From: Kofleriaceae bacterium
Lineage (GTDB): Bacteria > Myxococcota_A > Polyangia > Haliangiales > Haliangiaceae
Assembly: GCA_965215005.1 (NCBI GenBank)
Contig: CBDCCZ010000038.1
Location: 32,001-96,000 of the forward strand
Direction: 5' to 3'
DNA: 64,000 bases
Shown: one piece after another, positions 8,737-18,381 of the stretch
Layout: the number at the start of each line of letters is the position of its first letter
How positions within the stretch are numbered: position 1 is the stretch's first letter
The notes under the pieces: generated by a model
The model's input: only the letters and a program-made list of their open reading frames with translations
Told to the model about the DNA's origin: nothing
The model's database searches: none
Program-made: the position numbers and the translations under genes

Positions 8737-11187
8737 ATGACGCCGTCGAGTGCGGGTGCCGCGGGACGCCGGCTGGGCCGCTACCACTTGGCGGAGTCGC
8801 TTGGGGGCGGTCCGACGGGCGAGGTGTATCGCGCCAAGGTCTATGGCGTCGCGGGGTTCGAGCGTGAGCTCGCCGTCAAGCGACTGCACGACGAGCTGGT
8901 CGGTGACCCCGACCTCGCGGCCAAGCTGGCGGCCGCGGCGCGCGCGTACGGCAGCCTTGAGCATCCGCGGATCGCGCGACTCCACGAGTATGGCGTTGCC
9001 AACGGCGAGACCTTCACGGCGGTGGAGCTCGTGGAGGGACTCGACGTCGCGCGGCTGCTGCGCGCAACCCATGGCCGCGGTCATGCGCTCGCTCTTGGCG
9101 CTGCCGCCACCATCATTGCGCAGGCGGCGCGCGCTGTCGGCTACGCGCACGGACGCAACATTGCCCACTTTGGGTTGTGCCCGACCAACTTGCTCTGCAC
9201 CCCCGAAGGCGAGGTGAAGGTCACCGACTTTGGCCTGTTGGCGGCGCGACTTCCCGCTCGCCCCGGCGACGACAGCTTACGAGCGCGAATCCAATATCTG
9301 GCGCCCGAGCAGCTGGTCAACGAAGCGGCGTCGGCGGCGACCGACGTGTTCTCGCTGGGTGCGATCGCGTATGAGCTGTTTACCGGCGAGCCGGCGTTCA
9401 CCGGCGACAGTCCGCGCGAAATCGCTCAGCGAATCCTCTCGGGACAACGCGCGATACCGGTGCTGCCCGCGCTGTTGTCGAAGGTCTTGAGGCGATGCTT
9501 AGCACGCTCACCATTCGAACGATTTCCCGATGCGCGAGCCCTGGCGGAGGCGCTCGAAGCGGCGGTGCGTTCGACGCCGCTTGCTGGAGGTCGCGCGGAC
9601 ATTGCGCGAGCGGTCTGCGGTGCGCTCCGCGAGGCGCCAGCGGCGGTAACCGATGCGACAGCTCCACGGGCGAGCATTCCGAGCATTGCCTCCACTTCGC
9701 TGGCGGCGCGCCTGGGGCCGCGGCTGTCCTCGACGGAGCTCGAAGAAGAGCCGACGCGGGTGCAGGAGAGCTCGCCACCCGCAGCTGCGTCGGCGGCTCG
9801 ATTCCAGGACTTCGTCGCGGACCTGCCGCGGCGGCAATCGGTGACCGAGGCGGATACGGCGGTGGGGGAGTCGTCGCTGGCACAGCTCATGGTCGCCTCC
9901 AGCGACCGAGCCGACACCGATCGGTCGGCAAGGGTCGCTAGCGCGGAGCGCTCGGCGAGTGAGCGCGCCGAGACCGACGCGCAGCCAGAAAATGAGCTGG
10001 TCGCAGAATGGTCGGATCGTGGGCGTCCCGCGAGCGACTCGGGCGCGATGGAGCGCGCGGCGACGACGATGCAGCGCGCCGTGCCCGGTGGCGAGGCAGC
10101 CGAGGACGCCACGGACGAGCTCGAATTCGCCGATCTATCGGTGCTGACGCCGCTTCCTGCCGAAGTTCCGCAGGCGCCTTCGATCCCGCTCAGTGCGAAG
10201 CTGCCGTTTGCCTTTTCCGGAAGTGCGGCTGGCCAAGACGGACCAGTCGCCGAGCCTGTCGCGACGAAGCCGTTTGCCTTTAGCGGAGGTGCTGCTGGCC
10301 GAGACGGACCACTTGACGAGCCCGCCGCGCCAGAGCCGTTTGTCTCTGGTGCCGTGGCGGCCACCTCGTCGCGGCCGCCCGACACGATCCCACCGCACGA
10401 TGCGCCGCTTCTCCGCGGTGACGCCGAAGCCACGGCCAGCTCCGATGAGGAGCGGCAAGCTGCACGAGCGGATGCTGCACCAGTGCAGCTTGCGACGGCC
10501 GCCCGTCGGTCCCGTCGCGGCATCGCCGGCGGGGTTGCCGCGTTGCTAGCCGCTGCGCTCGCGGTCGGTTCGCTGGTTCTTTACGATCAGATCGCAGATA
10601 GGCAGCGGCACGTAGCGCCGCCTCCCACGACAGAGACGATAGTCGCATCGAGCCAAGCCGATCGACCTGCGAGCGTTTCGAGCGAGGCATCGGCGCCATC
10701 CGCCAGCCTCGACTCGCCACCGCCGGTGATCGCGTTGCCGCCTAGCGACGAGGAGCAACCAGTTCCGGCCGAGCTGCGCATCGCCACCGAGCCCCCCGGC
10801 GCCAAGGTGTACGTGGATGGTCGCTTGCGCGGCAAAGCGCCGGTCACGCTCGACGCGACCGACGACGAACACTCGCTGGCCATCATCATGCCTGGATACA
10901 AGCTGCACACCTCGCAAATCGATGGCCAAGGTGACCTAACGATCGCGCTCGAGGAGGTCACGCCTCCAGGCGGCCGCGGCGGCATCAAGGTGCGATGTCG
11001 GCACAAGAACCGCTACTACGTATTCGTCGACGGCTACGATATCGGCCAGCTGTGCCCATCCGAGCGCATCGGCGCCGACGTTGGCGCGCACGTCGTCGAG
11101 ATTTACGATCCAGAGACTGAGAGCCGCCGTGAGTTCCACGTCGAGGTCAAGCAAACCCGGCTGAGCTTGCGCGTGCGCGTCGACTAG
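8737..11187 (+). CDS. Ser/Thr kinase-like protein (probable pseudokinase) with TM and PEGA domain
   Basis: LAVK, TDFG and YLAPE are present but the catalytic loop reads AHFGLCPTN; TM helix; TEPPGAKVYVDG PEGA. Confidence 0.85.
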   Translation: MTPSSAGAAGRRLGRYHLAESLGGGPTGEVYRAKVYGVAGFERELAVKRLHDELVGDPDLAAKLAAAARAYGSLEHPRIARLHEYGVANGETFTAVELVEGLDVARLLRATHGRGHALALGAAATIIAQAARAVGYAHGRNIAHFGLCPTNLLCTPEGEVKVTDFGLLAARLPARPGDDSLRARIQYLAPEQLVNEAASAATDVFSLGAIAYELFTGEPAFTGDSPREIAQRILSGQRAIPVLPALLSKVLRRCLARSPFERFPDARALAEALEAAVRSTPLAGGRADIARAVCGALREAPAAVTDATAPRASIPSIASTSLAARLGPRLSSTELEEEPTRVQESSPPAAASAARFQDFVADLPRRQSVTEADTAVGESSLAQLMVASSDRADTDRSARVASAERSASERAETDAQPENELVAEWSDRGRPASDSGAMERAATTMQRAVPGGEAAEDATDELEFADLSVLTPLPAEVPQAPSIPLSAKLPFAFSGSAAGQDGPVAEPVATKPFAFSGGAAGRDGPLDEPAAPEPFVSGAVAATSSRPPDTIPPHDAPLLRGDAEATASSDEERQAARADAAPVQLATAARRSRRGIAGGVAALLAAALAVGSLVLYDQIADRQRHVAPPPTTETIVASSQADRPASVSSEASAPSASLDSPPPVIALPPSDEEQPVPAELRIATEPPGAKVYVDGRLRGKAPVTLDATDDEHSLAIIMPGYKLHTSQIDGQGDLTIALEEVTPPGGRGGIKVRCRHKNRYYVFVDGYDIGQLCPSERIGADVGAHVVEIYDPETESRREFHVEVKQTRLSLRVRVD

Positions 11188-11703
11188 TCCGCCGCCGCGG
11201 GACTTATGACGCAGAAATCCGCCACCCCGATGCGGGGCAAGGGCGGCAGATTTCTGCTGCTCAGGTGCCCCTCTCGGCGTCTCCCCAAGCGATTGTTGCT
11301 TTGCTAGCGGTTTGCCGGCTAACGCCGCAAACCGCTAGACCGACGCCGCGGGACTTATGACGCAGAAATCCGCCACCCCGATGCGGGGCAAGGGCGGCAG
11401 ATTTCTGCTGCTCAGGTGCCCCTCTCGGCGTCTCCCCAAGCGATTGTTGCTTTGCTAGCGGTTTGCCGGCTAACGCCGCAAACCGCTAGACCGACGCCGC
11501 GGGACTTATGACGCAGAAATCCGCCACCCCGATGCGGGGCAAAGGCGGCAGATTTCTGCTGCTCAGGTGCCCCTCTCGGCGTCTCCCCAAGCGATTGTTG
11601 CTTTGCTAGCGGTTTGCCGGCTAACGCCGCAAACCGCTAGACCGACGCCGCGGGACTTATGACGCAGAAATCCGCCACCCCGATGCGGGGCAAGGGCGGC
11701 AGA
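11184..11703 (-). repeat. Tandem array of the structured repeat: three full 151-bp units plus a partial unit
   Basis: GACTTATGAC recurs at 11201, 11352, 11503 and 11654; units are nearly identical; reverse-complement relative of 4936-5091. Confidence 0.97.
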
Positions 11704-11708
11704 GCTGG

Positions 11709-13070
<1,362 letters not shown>

Positions 13071-13095
13071 AGTACGCGTGCTGAGGTTTGGCTGT

Positions 13096-14820
13096 CTACT
13101 GCGTGCGACCGATGGCTGCGTCGAGAAGCTCGATTTTTTCGCTGGGTTGCGTGCTCGCAGCGCTGGACTCCGGGGAGGTCCCGGGCAGCGCGGAGGGCGC
13201 GGGAGCAGGTGTTTGGGGCAAGCGCGGAAGACTCGGTCCCGATAGTCCCACCGCCGCCGCCGCGCCAATTCCCAGCAGCAGGATCACCAGCAGCGCGAGC
13301 CACATGCTGGTGGAGTTGCTCGGCGCCACCTCCGAGCGCGGCTCTGCAGCCGGTGCCTGTGCGTCGGCACCTCGATCGACATAGACGTGCGCGGGCAGTG
13401 GCGTGGTTGAAATCAGCGAGCCTTCGGTCTTACTACCCGCTGGAGACCGAGGATCGTCGCCCTCTTCGAGCGAGGCGATGGAGTCCATGGCGGCGGCCGC
13501 GACGCGATCGAGCTCGTCATCATCCGGCGATCGTGGAGACACCAGCGGCGCCGACTGTAAATCGTCTAGGTCGACCAATGGCTGCGCTCCAGCCTCGTCC
13601 ATTGCCGCCAGCTTGGCCATGGAGGTGAGCTCCACGCCTTGCAGTCGCGTGAGGTTGGTGAGCGAGGTGAGGGCTCTGCGCTTGCGCAGCGACTTGGCGC
13701 TGAGCAGCGGCGCCTCCTCGCGCTCTTCGTCCACCACGCTCAGCAGCTCACCGGCGCTGCGTTGCCCGACGCCGCTGGTGTCGATCTGCTCGGTGCCTTC
13801 GACATCGTAGAGCTCGGTGCCGCCAGCCAATGCCTGGGTACCCGCGCCCAGACTCGTGGCGCGTGCCTCATTGACACTGCGCCAGGTATCTGGCTCGCCG
13901 CACACAGCGCGCAGGTGCTGCGCCAGCTCAGGAGCGCTCATCATCAAGCCGAAGCGATGCGCGACGCGCAGCAGCGCTTCTTGAAATTCACCAGCGGTTT
14001 GATAGCGATGATCCGGGTCGAGCGCGAGAGCCTTGAGCATGACCTTGTCGAGCTCGGGCGGAATGCCGGGAACTTTGCGCGAGAGCAGCGGCACCGGCTG
14101 GCTGTAGATCTCCTCGGCCGAGGTGGTGAGCCCGGCGTGAACGAAGAGGCGCTCGCCGGTGATGATCTCGTAGACGCAAACCGCGAGCGAATATAGGTCG
14201 GAGCGGTGGTCGAGCGGCTCGCTCTTGGCCTGCTCCGGCGACATGTAGCCGATCTTGCCTTTGACTCGATAGAACACCGAGTTGTGCGTCGCGGCCTTGG
14301 CGATGCCAAAGTCGGTGAGCTTCACCTCGCCGTTTTGCGACACCAAGATGTTCGAAGGCGATACATCGCGGTGGATGAGCCGCAAAGGCTGGTCGTCGGG
14401 GCCGGATTTGTTGTGCGCGTATGCCAGCGCCGAGAGCATCTCGCGGGCAACGTAGATGCCGGCCGCGGGAGAAAACGCCCGTTTGCGCCGCTTGGTCTTC
14501 TTGAGGATGGTCCGCAGGTCGGCGCCCGGCAGGTACTCCATGACGATGAAGTACTCATCGCCGGCGGTGACCAGGTCGATGGTGTGAATGATGTTGGCGT
14601 GGTCCAGGGTCGCCGATAGTCGCGCCTCGCGCAAAAACAGGTCGATGAACTCGGGCTGCTGCGTGAACTCCGGCAACAGCTGCTTGAGCACGACCTCTTT
14701 CTCGAAGCCGCCGGCACCGAGCTTCTTGCCGATGTAGATCGCCCCCATGCCACCCTCGGAGAGGTACTCCAAGACGACATAGCGATCGATGGGCGCCCCT
14801 TGCGGCGAGCTGTCGACCAT
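13096..14820 (-). CDS. Membrane-anchored Hanks-type Ser/Thr protein kinase
   Basis: EGGMG, VVLK, HRDVSPSN, TDFG, GYMSPE; C-terminal TM helix. Confidence 0.93.
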   Translation of the reverse strand: MVDSSPQGAPIDRYVVLEYLSEGGMGAIYIGKKLGAGGFEKEVVLKQLLPEFTQQPEFIDLFLREARLSATLDHANIIHTIDLVTAGDEYFIVMEYLPGADLRTILKKTKRRKRAFSPAAGIYVAREMLSALAYAHNKSGPDDQPLRLIHRDVSPSNILVSQNGEVKLTDFGIAKAATHNSVFYRVKGKIGYMSPEQAKSEPLDHRSDLYSLAVCVYEIITGERLFVHAGLTTSAEEIYSQPVPLLSRKVPGIPPELDKVMLKALALDPDHRYQTAGEFQEALLRVAHRFGLMMSAPELAQHLRAVCGEPDTWRSVNEARATSLGAGTQALAGGTELYDVEGTEQIDTSGVGQRSAGELLSVVDEEREEAPLLSAKSLRKRRALTSLTNLTRLQGVELTSMAKLAAMDEAGAQPLVDLDDLQSAPLVSPRSPDDDELDRVAAAAMDSIASLEEGDDPRSPAGSKTEGSLISTTPLPAHVYVDRGADAQAPAAEPRSEVAPSNSTSMWLALLVILLLGIGAAAAVGLSGPSLPRLPQTPAPAPSALPGTSPESSAASTQPSEKIELLDAAIGRTQ

Positions 14821-14975
14821 CCCGCTGCAGCATAACACCCGAGCATCTCAGGCGGCTTACCGGGCTGCGGCATTGCTCGCCCACATGTCGGCAAAGGAGG
14901 GATTGCCAGAGCGACAGTTGCTGGCTTCGACTCACCGCCGCCGCCCTTGCAGGTGCTCGATGGCATGCTGCGTGG

Positions 14976-16055
14976 GTGTGGCGCGCACGTGCAATGATCG
15001 TCGTCGTTGGCTGGGTGTGCGGCTGTGGCCAAGAGGCGGCGCTGATGGTCGATGCCTTCGATGCCGGAGCGGCTGTCGATGCAGGCGATGGAGCGGTGCC
15101 CGAGGCCGCGTGCCCGACGAGTCCGCGACCGACTCCGCCCGCGGAGCTGAGATTTTGGCTTACTGGCAACGCTGAGGACGCCTGCGTTTCGCTCGAGAGC
15201 GCCGTTATGGTGCTCATGGGCGGCGGCAACGAGGTCGACCAGGCGTTCGCGCAGGTCCGCTTGCAGGTGGGGCGCGCTGACGTGGTGGTGCTTCGAACCG
15301 ATGCTCGCAGCACCTACAACGACTATCTGGCCGAGTTGTTAGCTGCCGACTCGGTCGAGACGCTGGTGATTGATTCGCGCGACGCTGCGAGCAGCGCCTA
15401 CGTCGAGTGGGTGCTGGCGTCGGCGGAGATGGTGTGGATCGCCGGCGGCGATCAATCGCGCTATCTCGAGCTCTGGCAAGACACGGCGGTGTCCCGGGAG
15501 CTGGCGGCGCTGCATGCGCGCGGTGGGGTCATCGGTGGCACCTCAGCGGGGCTTGCGGTGCTGAGCGAGGTCGTCTACGACCCGGGGGAGGCCGACTCGG
15601 CGACCAGCGCGGAGGCCGCCGCCGATCCATGCCATCGCAACGTGGCCCTTTCGAAGGGCTTCGCGGGGCTGTCGGCGATGCGCGGCGTGGTCGCCGATTC
15701 GCACTTTCGCGAGCGCGATCGGCTCGGGCGGTTGCTGGTGTTCATGGCGAAAGCCGCAGAGATGGTAGAGCCGCGAGGAGTCACTGGCATCGGAGTCGAC
15801 GAGGACACGGCAGTCATCGTCGAGGCGAGCGGGCGAGCGCGCGTGTTTGGCGCCGGTGCGGCGTACGTTCTGCGCGCCGATGCGCAGTCTGCGCTCGGCT
15901 CCCTGCGCTGCGGCCAACCGGTCGACTATCGCGGCGTAGTGCGATATCGGCTACGCGACGGCGATGTTCTCGAGCTGGCCACGGGCGAAGGCTCGGTGTC
16001 GGCGACCCGTGTGGGTCTCGCCGATGGCCGCTACGCGCCGAGCGATCCGTATTAG
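14976..16055 (+). CDS. Cyanophycinase-like serine peptidase (S51), probably exported or a lipoprotein
   Basis: LMGGG, AGGDQ, GGTSAG, DSHFRERDRLGRL, GVDEDTA; hydrophobic N-terminus with Cys; start uncertain. Confidence 0.85.
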   Translation: MWRARAMIVVVGWVCGCGQEAALMVDAFDAGAAVDAGDGAVPEAACPTSPRPTPPAELRFWLTGNAEDACVSLESAVMVLMGGGNEVDQAFAQVRLQVGRADVVVLRTDARSTYNDYLAELLAADSVETLVIDSRDAASSAYVEWVLASAEMVWIAGGDQSRYLELWQDTAVSRELAALHARGGVIGGTSAGLAVLSEVVYDPGEADSATSAEAAADPCHRNVALSKGFAGLSAMRGVVADSHFRERDRLGRLLVFMAKAAEMVEPRGVTGIGVDEDTAVIVEASGRARVFGAGAAYVLRADAQSALGSLRCGQPVDYRGVVRYRLRDGDVLELATGEGSVSATRVGLADGRYAPSDPY

Positions 16056-16204
16056 TGGTTCACGGCGGAAGTCGTGAACCGCTAGAAAGCAACGGTCGAT
16101 GAGGGAGACGCCGAAGGGGGCACGTGAGTAGCAGAAATCTGCCGCCCTTGCCCCGCATCGGGGCGGCGGATTTCTGCGTCATCAATCCCGCGGCGGCGTA
16201 CTAA
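16052..16204 (+). repeat. Structured interspersed repeat, full-length copy
   Basis: TTAGTGGTTCACGGCGGAAGTCGTGAACCGCTAG...GCAGAAATCTGCCGCCCTTGCCCCGCATCGGGGCGGCGG; begins on the TAG stop of the upstream gene. Confidence 0.92.
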
Positions 16205-16218
16205 TGGTGTCGAGCGGC

Positions 16219-16530
16219 TCACATGCACGCGAGCACTTGCTCGCAGCTCTCGGCCTGGCCTAGGCACGTGGCGTGATCATCGACCAGCCGCTTGCCCTCG
16301 GCATCGCGCTCGAGCGCGGTGCACGCGGCTTCGCACTCGTCGGCGTCGAAGGTGAGCTCGGTTTCCTCGCTGGTGTCTACGCAGCGCGCTTCGCGCCGGC
16401 ACATCTCGCGGCATCGCTGACTTCGCGGCGCGGCGCAGCCGGCCAGCACTGCAAGTGCGAGCAGGAGCGACAGCGCGGCGCGGCTGTCAATCTTTGCGCA
16501 TCTGCGGATCGAGTGCATCGCGAAGTCCAT
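16219..16530 (-). CDS. Small Cys-rich lipoprotein
   Basis: LAGC lipobox; CxxxC pairs; start uncertain (16518 or 16530). Confidence 0.65.
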   Translation of the reverse strand: MDFAMHSIRRCAKIDSRAALSLLLALAVLAGCAAPRSQRCREMCRREARCVDTSEETELTFDADECEAACTALERDAEGKRLVDDHATCLGQAESCEQVLACM

Positions 16531-17467
16531 CGCCGAGAAAGTTGAGCGAGAAGATGGTGATGCCCATGACCAGGCCCGGACCGATCAAGATCCATGGTTA
16601 GACGAGAATCTGGCCTGCGCCTTCGGTGACCAGGGTGCCCCAAGAAGCCAATGGAGCCTGCACTCCGAGTCCGATGAACGACAGGAAGGCTTCGGTGAGC
16701 ATGACGCTGGGAATCGAGAGCGTGGCGTAGACGATGATCGGCCCCAAGGTGTTGGGAACCACGTGCCGCGCGATGATGCGCGGGGTGGGCACGCCGATGC
16801 AGCGCGCGGCTTCGATGAACTCGCGATGGCGCAGCGACAACACCTGGCCGCGCACGATACGGGCCATGTTGAGCCAAGAGATTGCGCCGATGAGCATGAA
16901 CAACAGCACGATGCTGCGCGAGTCGATCACCGCCATGATGACGATGACGAACACCACCGTGGGAAACGCATACATGATGTCGACGAAGCGCATCATGACT
17001 TCATCGATCTTGCCGCCGGCGTAAGCGGCCACCGCGCCCCAGCTCACGCCGATGACCAGCGCGACAGCCGTGGCCACGAGGCCGACGGTGATGGCGATGC
17101 GGCCGCCGATCATCGTGCGCACCAACATGTCGCGCCCGAGGCTATCGGTTCCCATCCAGTGGGTCGCGCTCGGACCAGCCGCGCCCACGTCGTAGTTTTG
17201 CGTGAGCCCATCGACCCCGAACCAGCCGGCGATGATGGGACCGAGAAACGAGAACAGACACACCAATCCGAAGATCGCGCCGCAAATCACCGCCATGCGG
17301 TTCTTCTTGAGCCGGCGCCAGGCATCGACCCACAGCGACTGCGGCGGCGTGACCGGCTTCCAACCGATGGGACCGACCGGCCCTTTGGCGGCATCGGGCA
17401 TGGGCTCGCCGACGACGTCGGGCTTGGCCAGCGCGGGCGCGGCTTTGTCAACGGGAGGCTGACTCAT
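16487..17467 (-). pseudogene. oppC: OppC permease interrupted by an in-frame TAA at 16598-16600
   Basis: OppC motifs up to GQILV*; the same frame continues PWILIGPGLVMGITIFSLNFLGDGLRDALDP to TGA at 16487. Confidence 0.85.
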
Positions 17468-18381
17468 CGCTTGCCTCGAATCCGCGGATCGAGCACGCCG
17501 TAGGCGATGTCGACGAGGAGGTTCATGAGCACCAGGAACACTGAATAGAAGATCAACACGCCGGTGAGCACCGGGTAATCACGATCGGTGATCGAGGCGA
17601 TGAAGTAGAAGCCCAAGCCGGGAATCTGGAAGATCTTTTCGACCACGAAGGAGCCGGTGATCAGCGCCGCCATCGCTGGCCCGAGATAGGTCACTACCGG
17701 CAACAGCCCGAGCCGGATCGCGTGTTTCCACACGATGCGACCCTCCGAGAGGCCCTTGGCGCGCGCGGTGCGAATGTAGTCCTGGCGCATGGTCTCGAGC
17801 AGACCACTGCGCGCTAGCCGCGCGATGATGCCCATGTAGATCATCCCGAGCGTCGCCGAAGGCAGGATCCACGTGAGCACGCCTTCGAAGCGTGCTGGCG
17901 GCAGCCAGCCGAGCTGAAGCGAGAACGCCAGGATGAGAATGGGGCCGAGCACGAAGGCGGGAATGGAAATCCCAAACAGCGCGAGCGCCATCGCGCCGTG
18001 GTCGAGCCAGGTGTTGTGGCGCTTGGCGGCGACCACTCCGAACGTGATGCCAAACAGCAGCGCGAACGCAAACGAGCAGATTCCCAAGATCGCGCTGCGC
18101 GGAAAGTGCTCGGCGATGATTTCCTTCACCGACTGGGTGCGCTTCATGGAGTAGCCGAGATCGAGCTGCACCAAGCGGCCCATGTAGCGCGCGTATTGCT
18201 CCAGGAGCGGCTTGTCGAGGTCGTAGCGCTTCTCGATGTTGGCCTTGACCTCCGGCTGCAGCTGCCGCTCTTCATCGAACGGGCCGCCTGGCGCCGCTCG
18301 CAGCATGAAGAACGAGAACGTCGCGACGAAGAAGATCACCACCAGGCCACCGAGCAGGCGCCCAAGGACCAGTCTGAGCAT
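17464..18381 (-). CDS. oppB: Oligopeptide ABC permease OppB
   Basis: APGGPF, DYIRTARAKGL, EKIFQIPGLG, RDYPV, DPRIR. Confidence 0.93.
   Translation of the reverse strand: MLRLVLGRLLGGLVVIFFVATFSFFMLRAAPGGPFDEERQLQPEVKANIEKRYDLDKPLLEQYARYMGRLVQLDLGYSMKRTQSVKEIIAEHFPRSAILGICSFAFALLFGITFGVVAAKRHNTWLDHGAMALALFGISIPAFVLGPILILAFSLQLGWLPPARFEGVLTWILPSATLGMIYMGIIARLARSGLLETMRQDYIRTARAKGLSEGRIVWKHAIRLGLLPVVTYLGPAMAALITGSFVVEKIFQIPGLGFYFIASITDRDYPVLTGVLIFYSVFLVLMNLLVDIAYGVLDPRIRGKR

Noticed and set aside
9426..10523. Long antisense or alternate-frame ORFs (also 726-1775, 24747-25817, 56750-57826, 58733-59908)
   Set aside because: Typical high-GC shadow ORFs overlapping well-supported genes; Arg/Ala/Ser-rich with no motifs
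11184..11703. CRISPR array
   Set aside because: Whole 151-bp units are essentially identical, with no unique spacers and no cas genes in the window
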